DNA of 64,000 nucleotides. Origin: Microthyrium microscopicum. Lineage: Eukaryota. The translations under genes were made by a program, and so were the position numbers. The stretch's first letter is position 1. Every line of letters begins with the position of its first letter. The notes beneath the pieces are model-generated. The model made no database searches, was not told where the DNA came from, and was given only the letters and a program-made list of their open reading frames with translations. Location: NCBI GenBank assembly GCA_010405405.1, contig MU004230.1, positions 902,627-966,626 of the forward strand, read 5' to 3'. Of the stretch, positions 13,662 through 25,147 are shown one piece after another.

Positions 13662-13915
13662 CAAAATAGCAAAAACTCATGATACAGCCCCTACCCGATT
13701 GTAGGAGGTGTATCATGAGGAAAAGCCCGGTGGCTTTTATCTCGGTCGGGGGATCGGGGGATCGTGTTTTTCGAATGGTTTCCCTGAGGGAATTGAGCCG
13801 TCGCCTTACAAGGCTGGACTTGTCGCAATATCATTGCCCGTTAGGGCTAGTCCCGTATTATCCAATAAGCATACAAATTTGATCCAAACGAGGGCCTCAC
13901 TCGCACGCTATTTTG
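13662..13915 (+). ncRNA. Candidate structured RNA, family unidentified
   Basis: Closing stem CAAAATAGC(13662-70)/GCTATTTTG(13907-15); 11-bp stem CTCATGATACA/TGTATCATGAG; AAAAGCC/GGCTTTT hairpin; long-range GGATCGGG/TTTGATCC pairing uses G-U pairs on the + strand. Confidence 0.4.
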
Positions 13916-14235
13916 TATCTTGAAAAAACACTTTTATATTTTGTGTATATATACTGTAGTACAAGATTGACTCTGAGGCTGAACACTGAGCGCCCAGCAC
14001 GTAACGCTCTTTCGTCTATTATTGGACAGATCGTCAATTGGACCTAAAGAAGTCAAACAGTCGATTTTATTTGAAGTGTGTTACCTAAATCTAAAAATTT
14101 GCGCTCCCATTCATTTTTGCGGATGAACCACAGTGAATTAACGCTGCCTGTATAAATACTATGCTCCGACCTAAGAATAAATATAAGGGATCATTCAAAC
14201 AATATCGTCCATCATTAGGACCCCCTCTATGCAAG

Positions 14236-14642
14236 ATGCGTCTTTTGTCTCTCTTCCTTACTACTCTCATCGCTGGCATGACTGCGGCTAGTCCAAGTGT
14301 CTTAGGAGATTTGGGCACCCTCTGCGGTCCTATCAATGGGTAATGAATAAACCAGTGCTCCCCTAGTGATCTCGTGCTTATTAATATTGTACGTAGTAAC
14401 TGCGACGAAAATGGCTGCAACGGCATTCACGCCATTGATGGAATAACTTGCGTTGCCGTAAGTCGCACTGAAGCCTCTTAACCTCATATTTATATACTAA
14501 GCTCTAATTTTCCTAGGGTCCGTACGTTGGATGTCCTTGTGGTTGGAATTGTGGCCCAGATGTTGGCAAATGCAGCGATAACAATTGCGATGGAGATAAT
14601 GGACGATGCAAGAATAACTATCGTGGATGTACTTGCACTTGA
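14236..14642 (+). CDS. Small secreted cysteine-rich protein (96 aa, 12 Cys in two 6-Cys repeats); effector or antimicrobial candidate
   Basis: Exons 14236-14339, 14397-14457 and 14517-14642 with GT-AG introns give MRLLSLFLTTLIAGMTAASPSVLGDLGTLCGPINGNCDENGCNGIHAIDGITCVAGPYVGCPCGWNCGPDVGKCSDNNCDGDNGRCKNNYRGCTCT; TATA-like TATAAAT at ~14151. Confidence 0.85.
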
Positions 14643-14997
14643 GATGGCTTTAAGTACTGGTGAGAACCGTTTCTACAAGATCTTCCGTAGCAGCTTGTAT
14701 CGCCAACGAGAGTTGAGTTTAGCCGTTTAAATATATACCTTGATATGCTTTCAAATGTTGATGCCGACTAACTACGATTCTCAATGTTGCTAAAGTCCAC
14801 ACTTTGAGCTTGTAATGACCATTTGAAGGCTAGATAAGTGTAGTAAAGGTCGACCTCATCATATATACAATGGAACCCAGACTCGAGTCTAAAAATCTAA
14901 AGAAGAGCAGAATGAGAGAAGAACAAAATCCAAAGTATAACAGCCAAATTACAGATAGCATAATGGAACAGTAGGGCCCGTTGGCGGCCTTACTTTA

Positions 14998-15191
14998 ATG
15001 TCTATAACCACTTGCAGTGAAGTAAGATTCGCTGTTGTCTCTTAAAATCACGTTAATTTGCTAAAATTCACACGTAGGGCGGTTATGGCGGTCACGGCTG
15101 TCGCCTAACTTTAGGAGATTGCTGCAACCAATGTCGCAATAGGAGAGGCGGACGATGCACTAGTAACTATCGTGGATGCTCTTGTAAGTAG
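14998..15191 (+). pseudogene. Partial duplicate of the Cys-rich peptide gene (end of exon 2, intron, last exon); relic or alternative terminal exon
   Basis: ...ITTCSE|GTAAGA intron 15022-15077 TAG|GGYGGHGCRLTLGDCCNQCRNRRGGRCTSNYRGCSCK*; the end matches GRCKNNYRGCTCT* at DNA and protein level; no signal-peptide exon found. Confidence 0.65.
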
Positions 15192-16277
15192 GGTTTCTTC
15201 AAGCAGTTATAGGCTTGTTCCTAAAAGCAGAATTCCTTGGTAAACATTCCAGTGGCATGATCTGTTGCTACTTGAGGAATATTTGAGCTGGTACCATTTC
15301 AGGTAGTTAGTCTTTAGGACACGTCCAGCTAAAATAAATTGTCGACAGACCGCAATCGTATGTACTGTGTAAGTCTCAAGTGAGCCGCACTTGAAAGCTT
15401 ATATTGACTGCTTGGGAATAGGACATATAAGGCTTTGGGAAGCGGCTTGTTGAAGGGGCAGATAACTGAGTATACGTTCGCGCATACAATACATCTTTCA
15501 ATATGTTAACGACCTAGGTAAGCGGTATAACAATAGGATTGTGCTAAATATCCTATCAATATTAGTCCAATTTGGCTGCGTCGTCACCAACTCTAATATG
15601 TACCTTTTGACTGCTGGATATTTACTGTTCTACGGGGATTTAAGCTGTCTTCCCTTAGGACACAAAGCAATCTCCATACACACTTTATTTAGAAAGCATC
15701 AGTTATATTATGCAAGGGACTAGTAGCAAAATAACATGAGAGTTTGTGTAGAGTTTCATCTGTTATAATGGCTAATGAAGGTACCAGCCCTCGTTAATGA
15801 TGTTTTCTGTCCGGACTACTATGTGTTATAGCTTTAGTAAGATATAACGATCCCTATATGATGCTACAAAGGATAGGGATAGCACTGCTCATCTCAATGT
15901 TAATTGACCATTAGCGGCTGAAATCTTAGTGCTTTGTGTTATTCGTCCATTAGACGATTAGGTAGAGTAAAGTGAATATTGCTAGCTGAGCCCTCAGCCG
16001 GTGTTTGATATTCTTATAACGAGCGTTTAGGGTCTTCTGATATTCGTCGACTAGACGCGAAGAGTACGTAGGTCTATATTCCTCAAAACACGGTCTCTAC
16101 TCTTAGCACCTGGACAACTAGACCCGACTCAAGTGAACGGGAGTTCCGAATATTAACTTAAGCCTTCAATCCCATCTTATATATACTAATGGACGATGTC
16201 GGTTGCTCATCTTGGCTACATGCCAAAATTTCAAAAGCTTGCCGTTCAATAAAGTCTTTTTGAGTACAATTAACCCC

Positions 16278-17298
16278 ATGATGTTTACGAACGCACTTCT
16301 TGCCGTGCTTACCAGTGAGGTCTACTTCAATTAACTAGTGGTTAAGCTCAAACTGACAAATATGTTATAGTCAGCCCAGTGCTAGCATTGCCCTCCAATG
16401 CTCCTGTCAGCGCTGCTCATGTTCGGTCTACCTTGGACCTGCCAAAGGGAATAAAACTTCGTATTAATACTTTAGGAGATAGCATTACTTATGGTGAGAG
16501 CTTTCCCTTGAAACAGCTTTGGCCACGAAGCGAAGTATATGGAACGGGTCAATGCTGTGGTTTTCCATGGATTACGCATAGCATTGCCTCAACTTCCCAC
16601 CTTGCATTGGCTACCTACTTCGAGTATGATCGAACAAGGACTATATACTAATACTTCCAGGTGTAACTGGAAGTCCCGTGGGCAATAGCTACCGCCCTGA
16701 GCTTCTCAAGCTTTTGACCGCGGCTGGTGCTACGGTTGAGTATGTCGGCAACGCAAAGTCTGGTTCACCTCCACAGGCCCACGATGGATACCCTGGCGCG
16801 ACGATCGCAGAGATTGGCCAATATGGCCTCAAGGCGATGGCCCTGAAGCCAAATGTCATCACGCTCATGGCAGGAACGAATGACACACCAAAAGGGTATA
16901 GCTTTCCAGGAGATGGATTCCATGGTCCCGAGGGCGCCATCGACCGGATGGGAAAAGCAATTGATGCTTTGACCGCGAGGTCACCAGAAACAGTGGTACT
17001 AGTCGCGACACTCACACCAATGTTCTTCGAAGCGAACTTGAAAGATAAGGATAACCAGCCAAAGAAACGCTCAACTGAAATTTTCAACGAAGCGCTGCCA
17101 GCTATGATCAAGACTAGAGTCGATGGTGGAAAGAAGGTACATCTTGTGACCTTGCCAAAGATGGACTTTGCGAAGGGAGGAAAAGATACCCAAGAGGGAA
17201 TTCATCCCAGTAATGCGGGATATAAGAAGATGGCTGCTGCTTTTTTCACAGGTATTGAAGAGGCCGCTGCGAAGAACTGGATCAAAGACCCTGCCTAA
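16278..17298 (+). CDS. Secreted SGNH/GDSL hydrolase (carbohydrate esterase family 3-like)
   Basis: Signal peptide MMFTNALLAVLTISPVLA after splicing; GDSIT, HDGYPG, GTND and GIHP blocks; two introns. Confidence 0.88.
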
Positions 17299-17839
17299 GT
17301 GCACTAGATACCTACCTAGGTAATTGGATTCCTGATTGCTGAAGATTGCTAAGGTATCATGTGAATCAAAGTTGGTCTTGATCCTTTATTTAAACATCTC
17401 AGTAATGCTTAGGAGACTTTAGGCATGAAGTTAGGTTGTAAAAGCGCATAGCGGCCACATGGGTCACCAGGCCGCCAAATGGGTCGCCTTGAGGCTCCGT
17501 CCGTCCATAGTGTCTCTCAAACATGCACTTGAGTAGGTACTGTATACGGACACTCGTAGACACTCAAAGTTGAAATAGGCATAAGCGCTCCACCTGAATA
17601 GTACAAAACAGGCCCGTTACTCGGATTTAATTGAAGAGCGTGTATAAGTACCTCCTAACTCATGGCTTGAACTGCGCCACCGAAAAGTGTCCAAGCGGAC
17701 AAGACATAGACACGTACTTCTTGAGAGCCTCCTCAAGGAGAGAACTATGTCTGTTGCCTCTTGCGTGCGCTCAAGCCGTGGACGAAGATGACCACTCGAT
17801 TCTCGTGGTATTACCACCTAGGTACATTCACTCCACCCA

Positions 17840-20448
17840 TTATATCGTCGCTTTTACCACATGCATCACGCACAAAAATAAAGATGCTGCGAATACATTC
17901 CACTTCAGATCCACCGCTCTGACCACGCCACTCTTCTTCGATGCCTTAAGCAGCCGTTGCGTCTCCACCTGACTAGGACCATTCTCTTTCGTGGAAGTGG
18001 ATTTACCTTGGTCCAGATTCTCCAGTGCGCCTCTGCCTGCTTCGCCTGTGATTAATGATGGATAGAGCATCTGTCCATTAACAACCAGTTGGCCGCCTGT
18101 GCCCACATATATGATCGTCCCACTCTGAAGTGTATAGTTCTCGCCATCACTCCTGATATTGACACCGCCAATAGTGTAGCTTCCATCACCATTGAGTAAC
18201 GCCAGTACATTATTCCCATCTCTATCCATGAAAGCAACCCCGAAAGACCCTGGAACTGACCGGTAGAGGGGTTCGTGTTTGCCATTGATAAGTAATTCAC
18301 CTCTCGCGTCTACGATTATAACTGAACCACCTTGAATTGTAACAGGTGACGACTTGGGCGAGATCACTCGACCATTGACTTGTAAGGTGCCGTCGTTAAA
18401 GGCAAGGGCCGTCAGCATTCCTAAATCTTTGTCTTGCCATGTTGCAACCAAAGGTCCTGGTACCTCTGGGTGGGGCGTTCCTGTGAAGCTATGCGTGATT
18501 TGGCCTCCATCGGCTTCATTTTCTGGTCCTTGAGCTTGGATATCAGAACCTGCCGTGGGTCGAGGCAGGGACATAGGGCCATCGCTGAGCCCTTGGCCTG
18601 GTAGAGCCAGAGGCATGTTTAAGCCTTCCAAAGACGGAGCAGGTTTTGCTGAAGGCTGTAGCAAGAGGCCTGGGGGTCTGCTTCTGGCCGATGCTGGCAA
18701 GTTAACGGAGGCTGGGTTTACTCTGGTGATCGTTGGCGCGCCTAGGTCTTCCACGCCGTGCAATAAAGGGATTCCATCCAATTCACGGGGAGGATCCAGT
18801 AATCCTATCAAGAAATTCATTCAGCATTCTTCTGGTACTATATGTATGCCTACCTATCCTGGTGACATGAACTTGAGACTTACCAAATTCCACGGTCTTG
18901 CATTCAGACCATTTTGGAAAGAGTTTCGTCAGAGTCGAAGGGAACGCGAAGGTATTCTGAAATAAAGAAAACTCAAGCGCCACATTGTAGTCTCGTACGA
19001 TATATTGGCATCTTGGGTCTAACTGAGCCCCTAGTCCGCAGAATTGGGATGACCATACACTGACAGGTGGCGGCCAACGTAATCCAGCAAAATCGACCGA
19101 GAACGCCGAGATGGTATTCCAATTGGATCGTAGAGTTGACACATCGTGGGATTTCATTGTAAGCAACAGGTCGGTCACACACCAAGGATCTTTACTATCC
19201 CCTATCACATCGTGACGAAGTGTGCCATTGCTACTGCCAGGCTGGAAGTCTTGTAAATCGCCACGATGCGAGCCTTTGATCAAAGCCCCGTTGGCGCACA
19301 CAATGCGGCTTTCGGTCGGAACGCCCCAAAAATGGCCGTTTATACCCAAGCTTTTGATATGAAGGTAGACTCGATCCATTGGAACCGTTTCAGTTCTCCA
19401 TGTTGTAACGCTGAGAAAGTTCCCAGATACTTCGATCGGATTGGAGTTGTATGTGGTGGCAGTAAGTGTGATCTTTGCCAATTGGCCTGCTTTCTTTGAA
19501 GAAGACTGTGAAGCAGTGACGGGCGCACATAGATCTTCTGGGATAGGCACAGGAGAGAAGTATACATCCACCACGCCAAGGAGATCTGACGGAGGTACAA
19601 TTTCGCAGGTCGAGGGCCGAATCGCTGAATTGATGGCATATGCCTCTGACAGGAGACATGCTCCCTTGGCACCTGAGTATGCTAGCGTTCGATACGCATC
19701 CCAATCATCAGGATTAGGTGCATGGCTGGCTTGATATTTACTAGTTAACCTTTCAATGGCCTTGTCGTGACTTGAGCGAAGATTCCCGCAATCTTCAGGG
19801 CTTACTTTGCATGTAAGAGTTATTTCTGGGGTTGATGGCACTGACGGCGTTGGTGCATTCAGATGGGTCCTGCTCGAGTTATATGTATCTTCCCAGCTTA
19901 CGACTTCCAGATAGGTATGCCTCCCTTCGCAGGCGACGGAAACGGTAGAGTATATCTCCCTTTCGCCGATGCCATTAGGCCACCCACCTTTGATTCCGTT
20001 GTAGATGTTAGGATAAGTTCCTTCTTGCTTGTCAGCGCGAATAGCTTGGGCTACCAGCACCGACTGGCAACATGTGGCATAGTGATGGCCGCTTCCAGTT
20101 GTATCAGGAAAACTGCAATTCACAGACTCTACGCTGTGGATGGTGACATAGCTAAGGCTCTCAGTATCAGTGCCATTGATTTTGACCGAGTGCTTGATCC
20201 AGCCAGTAACATTATACGTCGAAGGGAGCAAAGCGGTTTGGACTGGAGGAGGCTGTGTGATAGTCGAAGGAGTTTCTGACGAGGTGGGGCGATTTTGCAA
20301 GTGATCATGGGTTTCATTCATGACACTTGTATCTGCGTTGCTTTAGCATAAGTTGAAGTCATCGTCAGAGTCTACCAAACTCGCCATTCGTGAACACCCT
20401 TCCTGTAACCAGTTCGCCCACTAAAAACAAGAGAGCAGCCAAATGCAT
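17840..20448 (-). CDS. Large secreted, probably GPI-anchored surface protein (Cys-containing N-domain, DPP linker, Gly-rich beta-type repeats)
   Basis: Signal exon MHLAALLFLVGELVTG from 20448; intron ending at 20333; a 79-nt GTAAGT..TAG intron (18805-18883) fuses the 512- and 326-aa ORFs (ECKTVEFG/LLDPPREL); hydrophobic C-terminal tail. Confidence 0.75.
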
Positions 20449-20935
20449 TAGTAACTGGCTTTTCAGGCAGATTCCTTAGCATCAAAACGCCATCGGCTTA
20501 GGTCTCATGTATGGATGGGGAGTAAACCCACTCGCGATTGGTGACCTTAGAGGTCGCAGAATGAGTTGAGATAGGATGCCGCCAGCAGACATATGGCTAT
20601 GCCTTCATCTTTTATCCGGTATCAAGGACTCATGGCGGCGCCTTGTCTGTTTTCCTTGACAATGGATATAGTAGTGAATCCTTCGAACCGAATAGATTAC
20701 CCGGTCAGCCAGTAGGGTTTCGTGGTATTTGAGCATTGCCTAAGAGCTTGATCGCTCCATTGAACACTGTTCATCAAATCAGAGTCTGATATACTGATTG
20801 TGGCGCGCGGTTGGCGAGGATAAATGTGGCAATCCACACAATCGCCTGAAATTGGCTTCAAGTTTATTTTTGAGTCTGAAGCTGCTAGCTGTGAGATCCC
20901 AAGTTATGTGAAGCACTTTTCCAATAGTCAAACTT

Positions 20936-20971
<36 letters not shown>

Positions 20972-20982
20972 AACAACAACAA
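20936..20982. repeat. (AAC)n microsatellite, about 15 units with one interruption
   Basis: Read directly from the sequence. Confidence 0.95.
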
Positions 20983-21593
20983 GATCGGGACATAAATCTC
21001 CAGTGGAAACACATGAGCTGTTCATCTTCAATAAGAAATGCCGACAGATACCCTATCACTAATGTTACCAAGATCAGGTAGTTATATAGTAGGTAGCGCT
21101 ATGAACATGGAAATCGAGATGATTCGAGTTCAGATTGTTTAGAACAAGTGCTAACAAGCTGGAGGTCCATAACGGGAGAAGCTATGGTAGCTTGGTCATC
21201 AATGTCTTGGGTGCGTACCGATGATACGAATCTGATCAAGTTTGAGGTTGGATGTGGTCGATCACGATGGTCTATGGTAGGCAAGAATGGATCAACATTT
21301 GAAATTGAAGTTGATTGGCAAGACAGAGATCCGATCCGATGGCAGTGATCCGAGCCCAGAAAAGCAAACAGATGACGCAGCGAGATTTTGCAGGGAAGCT
21401 TCAGCCAGCCAATGCAGCAGGAGACATTTGCGACCAGATCTAGTGCACATGTGGTACAGCATGTTGGCAGTTACAAGGCAGCTAGCTGGTGGAGCTCCTG
21501 AAGCATCATCGCCGCGGGGTACTCTCCAACCCAACTTCTTCTCTCATACTACAAACTTGTGCATACAACATTGACTTTTTACACAACGAAACC

Positions 21594-22519
21594 ATGTCTT
21601 ACAACAACGACGACCGATACGATGACCGCCGCCAGGACGGCGGAAGTGGTGGTGGATATGGCGACGACCGTCGTCAACAGCAGGGAGGTTATGGCGATGA
21701 CCGTCGTCAACAGGGAGGCAATGATGATGACCGCCGTCCCCAAGGAGGTTATGGCGATGAACGCCGTCAACAAGGAGGTTATGATGATGACAACCGCCAA
21801 CAGGGAGGCGAGGAACGACACCATAGCGGCGGTGGACATGGTGGCGGAAACCAACACTCCACTGGAACTTCATACGGCGATTTGGGTGCGTCCGGCGGAG
21901 GAAGACAGGACTATGATGGTGCTGCAAGCACTGCAAGCAACTATGCTGGTGACTCTGGCGACCACAGCTTCTTTAGTAGCATCCTGGGCAATCTCACGGG
22001 TCAACAAAGCCAAATTGGCAAGCAAGACATGAGCACTGAAGATGAAGAGCACATGGTTCAGCAACATAAGAACTTCTTCGGCAACAGTGGAGGCAATGCG
22101 CAGGCCACCCCAAGTAACATGGGCGTATGTATTCTCCGGTCTCAAGTAACAATGAGAAGTAGTACTTCAACTGACTTTGATTCTAAAGGCTGCTGCGGCT
22201 ATGCAGGCGTTGAAGAACTTCACTGGTGGAAATCCTCAAGCAGCACAAAGCCAATCTGGAAGTAGTCAAAATGATTTCATGGGCATGGCCATGGGCGAGG
22301 CTGCCAAATTATTTGACCAGCAGAGCGCTCAGGGCAATACCGTAAGCTCCACAATTCTTCCCAGGCACTAAATGACACCGACTGAATATCTCAACTTAGG
22401 GGGGGGCTTCCAAAAACGATGTCGTTCAGCAGGCTGGAGCCATGGCGCTCAAGATGTACATGAAGAGTCAAGGAGGCGGAGCTGGAGGGCTCATGTCGAT
22501 TGCCAGCAAGTTCATGTAG
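21594..22519 (+). CDS. Gly/Gln/Asp-rich protein of the fungal 'beta-flanking protein'-like family
   Basis: N-terminal GGYGDDRRQQ repeats; conserved-looking AAAAMQALK..F, MAMGEAAKLFDQQ and AGAMALKMYMKSQ blocks; two phase-0 introns. Confidence 0.8.
21651..21803 (+). repeat. Coding tandem repeat, five ~30-bp units (GGYGDDRRQQ)
   Basis: Units of the type GGAGGTTATGGCGATGACCGTCGTCAACAG. Confidence 0.9.
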
Positions 22520-22686
22520 AACATTCCTGAAAAGAGTTAGCACGATCGGGTTGTGCTATGCGTAGTTTCAGAGAAACAACGAAATGAGATTGTTACCCAG
22601 CTTCCGAATTGATGCGCGAGTTGCCTGGATCCCGTAGCATAGATCCAGGAGTCAAGACATGTTCTTCGAGGATTCGATATCCATGT

Positions 22687-23882
22687 TCAACCATCGATCC
22701 ATGAGGCAGCACCCCAAAGACCAAGGCCACCAAATAGTGCTGCCGCCCCAATCATTTGTTTTGTCCACCCGTCTTCCATTCGCACCTCTGAAGCTCGATC
22801 TGTACCAAGCATAGGTGAGTGAGAAGGTGTTTTATGAGAGAGAATATCGGAATCGATGGGGTTGGTAGCGTTGTTTCGTTTTCGCGCCTTTTCAACTAGT
22901 CGTCCTAAGCGAACCAAGTCTTCTCTCCAAGCAGTTTCGTTCCACGTAGTATCAACCTCAACATTTTGTACGTTGCCGAAGAAATCCATGACAAGCTTGT
23001 TCCTCGCGTTTTGTTCTTCGCCTGGGAATAAATCATATCGAAAGCCAGGATGTGAGTGAATCTTGTCAAAGTCATAACTGTCGAAAAGATCTCCCAGAGT
23101 AAGCTTGCTGAACTGATCCTTGACCTGAGTCTCTAGAAAGTCTAGGTTGAAGTATGTGTATCGATCAATGACAGCAACGCCAACGTCATTGTCGGCATGA
23201 TGCGAGTAGGAAGATTCGTCGAGGGCACTGGAACCAGTGGCAATAATATTTGGACTGTAGAACTTGGAGTACATGGTGTTTGCTTGGCATGTATCGATCA
23301 TAAACAACAACTCGTGATATCTGTTTCGCTGTTAGTACAAAACCATAAACTTGTGGGTCATGGATCGAACCTCTTCTTCTCCCACATTTGAGCAAAGGCA
23401 TCTGCTAGATCAAATGCGCTGATCTCTTCGGCATCTTGAAACTTGAGAAACTCGTTTCCTCCGTGCCCAGTCATGTACACCAGAATGTTACTTCGGTCGT
23501 CCGTTAACAATCTTTTACTCCTAGGCATATCTTCTCCAACACGATCCGTCAGGAGTCGAATGAAATTCTCTACGGTAACTTCATATCCTCTGTAGTCAAC
23601 TTCAATGTTGTCTCCGTAAAGATCAAGTGCGCGATCCGCATTGTTGTAGACTGTTCCGGGGAAAGCATTGCGGGGATTGCAAGCCATATCGTCCGGGAGC
23701 ATGAGAATGATTTGTGAGTCTGGGATACCAAGTCGCTTCACGGTGCGGTATAAGGAGAGTACATTTGCCAAGTGGCGGTAGTTGAACCAGAAACGCGAAG
23801 TTGACACCAGAACGGCCCAGTTGGAAGTATGCTCGGCCAAAGCAGTAGCCGCTAAAAGCAGCCCAAGAAGAAAGACGCGCAT
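22687..23882 (-). CDS. GPI8: GPI-anchor transamidase catalytic subunit (peptidase C13)
   Basis: [25 protein letters not shown] and IDTCQA catalytic motifs; intron 23321-23370; C-terminal TM helix. Confidence 0.97.
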
Positions 23883-24135
23883 TGCTAAGGAAAGACGTAT
23901 GATGGGAAGGAGGGCTGAAACTTAAGTCGACGTTGACAATGGAATTGAAGCCATCAAGCTATGGAGAGATCGTGAGATTCTGACAAATCAAGCTAGTCTA
24001 AGCAGCCCCTAAAGTACCCTTGCTTTCAGCCCCTCACGCTTTGACCATGACATTTTTACCTCCGCCAAGAGTTCGACGTCTAGAATTTTTGACTTTCTCA
24101 CCACATCCTCCTGACAACTTGTTACCTATGTGACA

Positions 24136-25147
24136 ATGTTGACACAAAAAGTGTAAGCTTATCTGGCTCTGGGTTTTGTAGATGTCCTGCTAATGTATTC
24201 CCAGAGTTCCGCGCAATGCGCGCTCAAAGCGAGCCCTCGAGAAGCGAGAACCACACATCGTCGAGAATCCTAAAAACACATTGATTCTTCGTGGAGAGAA
24301 ATGTAGCAAGATAGTACAATTGGCCTTGACTGATATCAACACCCTCAAAGAGCCATACACAGTCAAGTTCAGCAAGAAGAACAACGTACGACCCTTTGAA
24401 GATCCTTCATCACTTGAATTCTTTTCCGAGAAAAACGACGTTGCTCTCCTCCTCTTTGGACATCACTCCAAGAAGAGACCACACTGCCTGGTAGCTGTGC
24501 GCTGCTTCGAACATAAGATCTTGGATATGCTGGAGCTCTATATCGATCCCGAAACCTTTCGTACCATCAGCCAGTTCAAGACACAGAAGCCTACGGTTGG
24601 ACTCAAGCCAATGCTGGCATTCTCAGGGACCCTATTCGATAGTCCAACCCCCAACGCGTATACAATGGCCAAAAACCTTTTTACCGATATGTTTCGCGCC
24701 AACGATGTGCCAAGCATAGATGTTGAAGCGCTTCAATTCATGATTCACTTTGTTGCTGCCGAAGAACAGGACGGACAACCACCACCAGCCATCCAGATGA
24801 GAGTTTATCGCATCATCACAAAGAAGAGTGGACATAAACTTCCCAGAGTTGAAGTTGAAGAAATAGGGCCTCGCATAGATTTCAGAATCGGAAGAGTGAA
24901 GGAGGCGGACGACTCAGTGATGCGAGAAGCTCTTAAAAAGCCAAAGCAACTTCAACCAAAGACCAAAAAGAACGTTACTACAGATGATATGGGCGACAAG
25001 ATCGGTCGTATACACGTTGGGAAGCAAGATCTATCCACTATGCAGACAAGAAAGATCAAGGGTCTCAAACGACATCTTGATGTTCCGGATAATGACGATG
25101 AGATGGATCTTGACGAAGCTTCTGCGAAAGTACCACGACTTGAATGA
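24136..25147 (+). CDS. RPF2: Brix-domain 60S ribosome biogenesis factor Rpf2
   Basis: MLTQKV|VPRNARSKRALEKREP after one intron; HSKKRPH, PRVEVEEIGPRIDF, GRIHVGKQDL..MQTRKIKGLK. Confidence 0.95.

Noticed and set aside
13836..13848. Telomerase RNA template (CCCTAAC on the minus strand)
   Set aside because: Only 7 nt, lying within a GCCC/GGGC hairpin; no pseudoknot or other TER features seen.
18783..18883. Programmed frameshift or pseudogene between the 512- and 326-aa ORFs
   Set aside because: Explained by a canonical GTAAGT...TAG intron with a branch site.
20779..21012. Poly-Leu 'membrane peptide' ORF
   Set aside because: Artefact of the (AAC)n microsatellite read on the minus strand from a non-ATG start.
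21489..22145. Multiple overlapping ORFs in several frames
   Set aside because: By-product of the stop-poor 30-bp coding repeat; only the GGYGDDRR frame splices into a conserved C-terminal domain.
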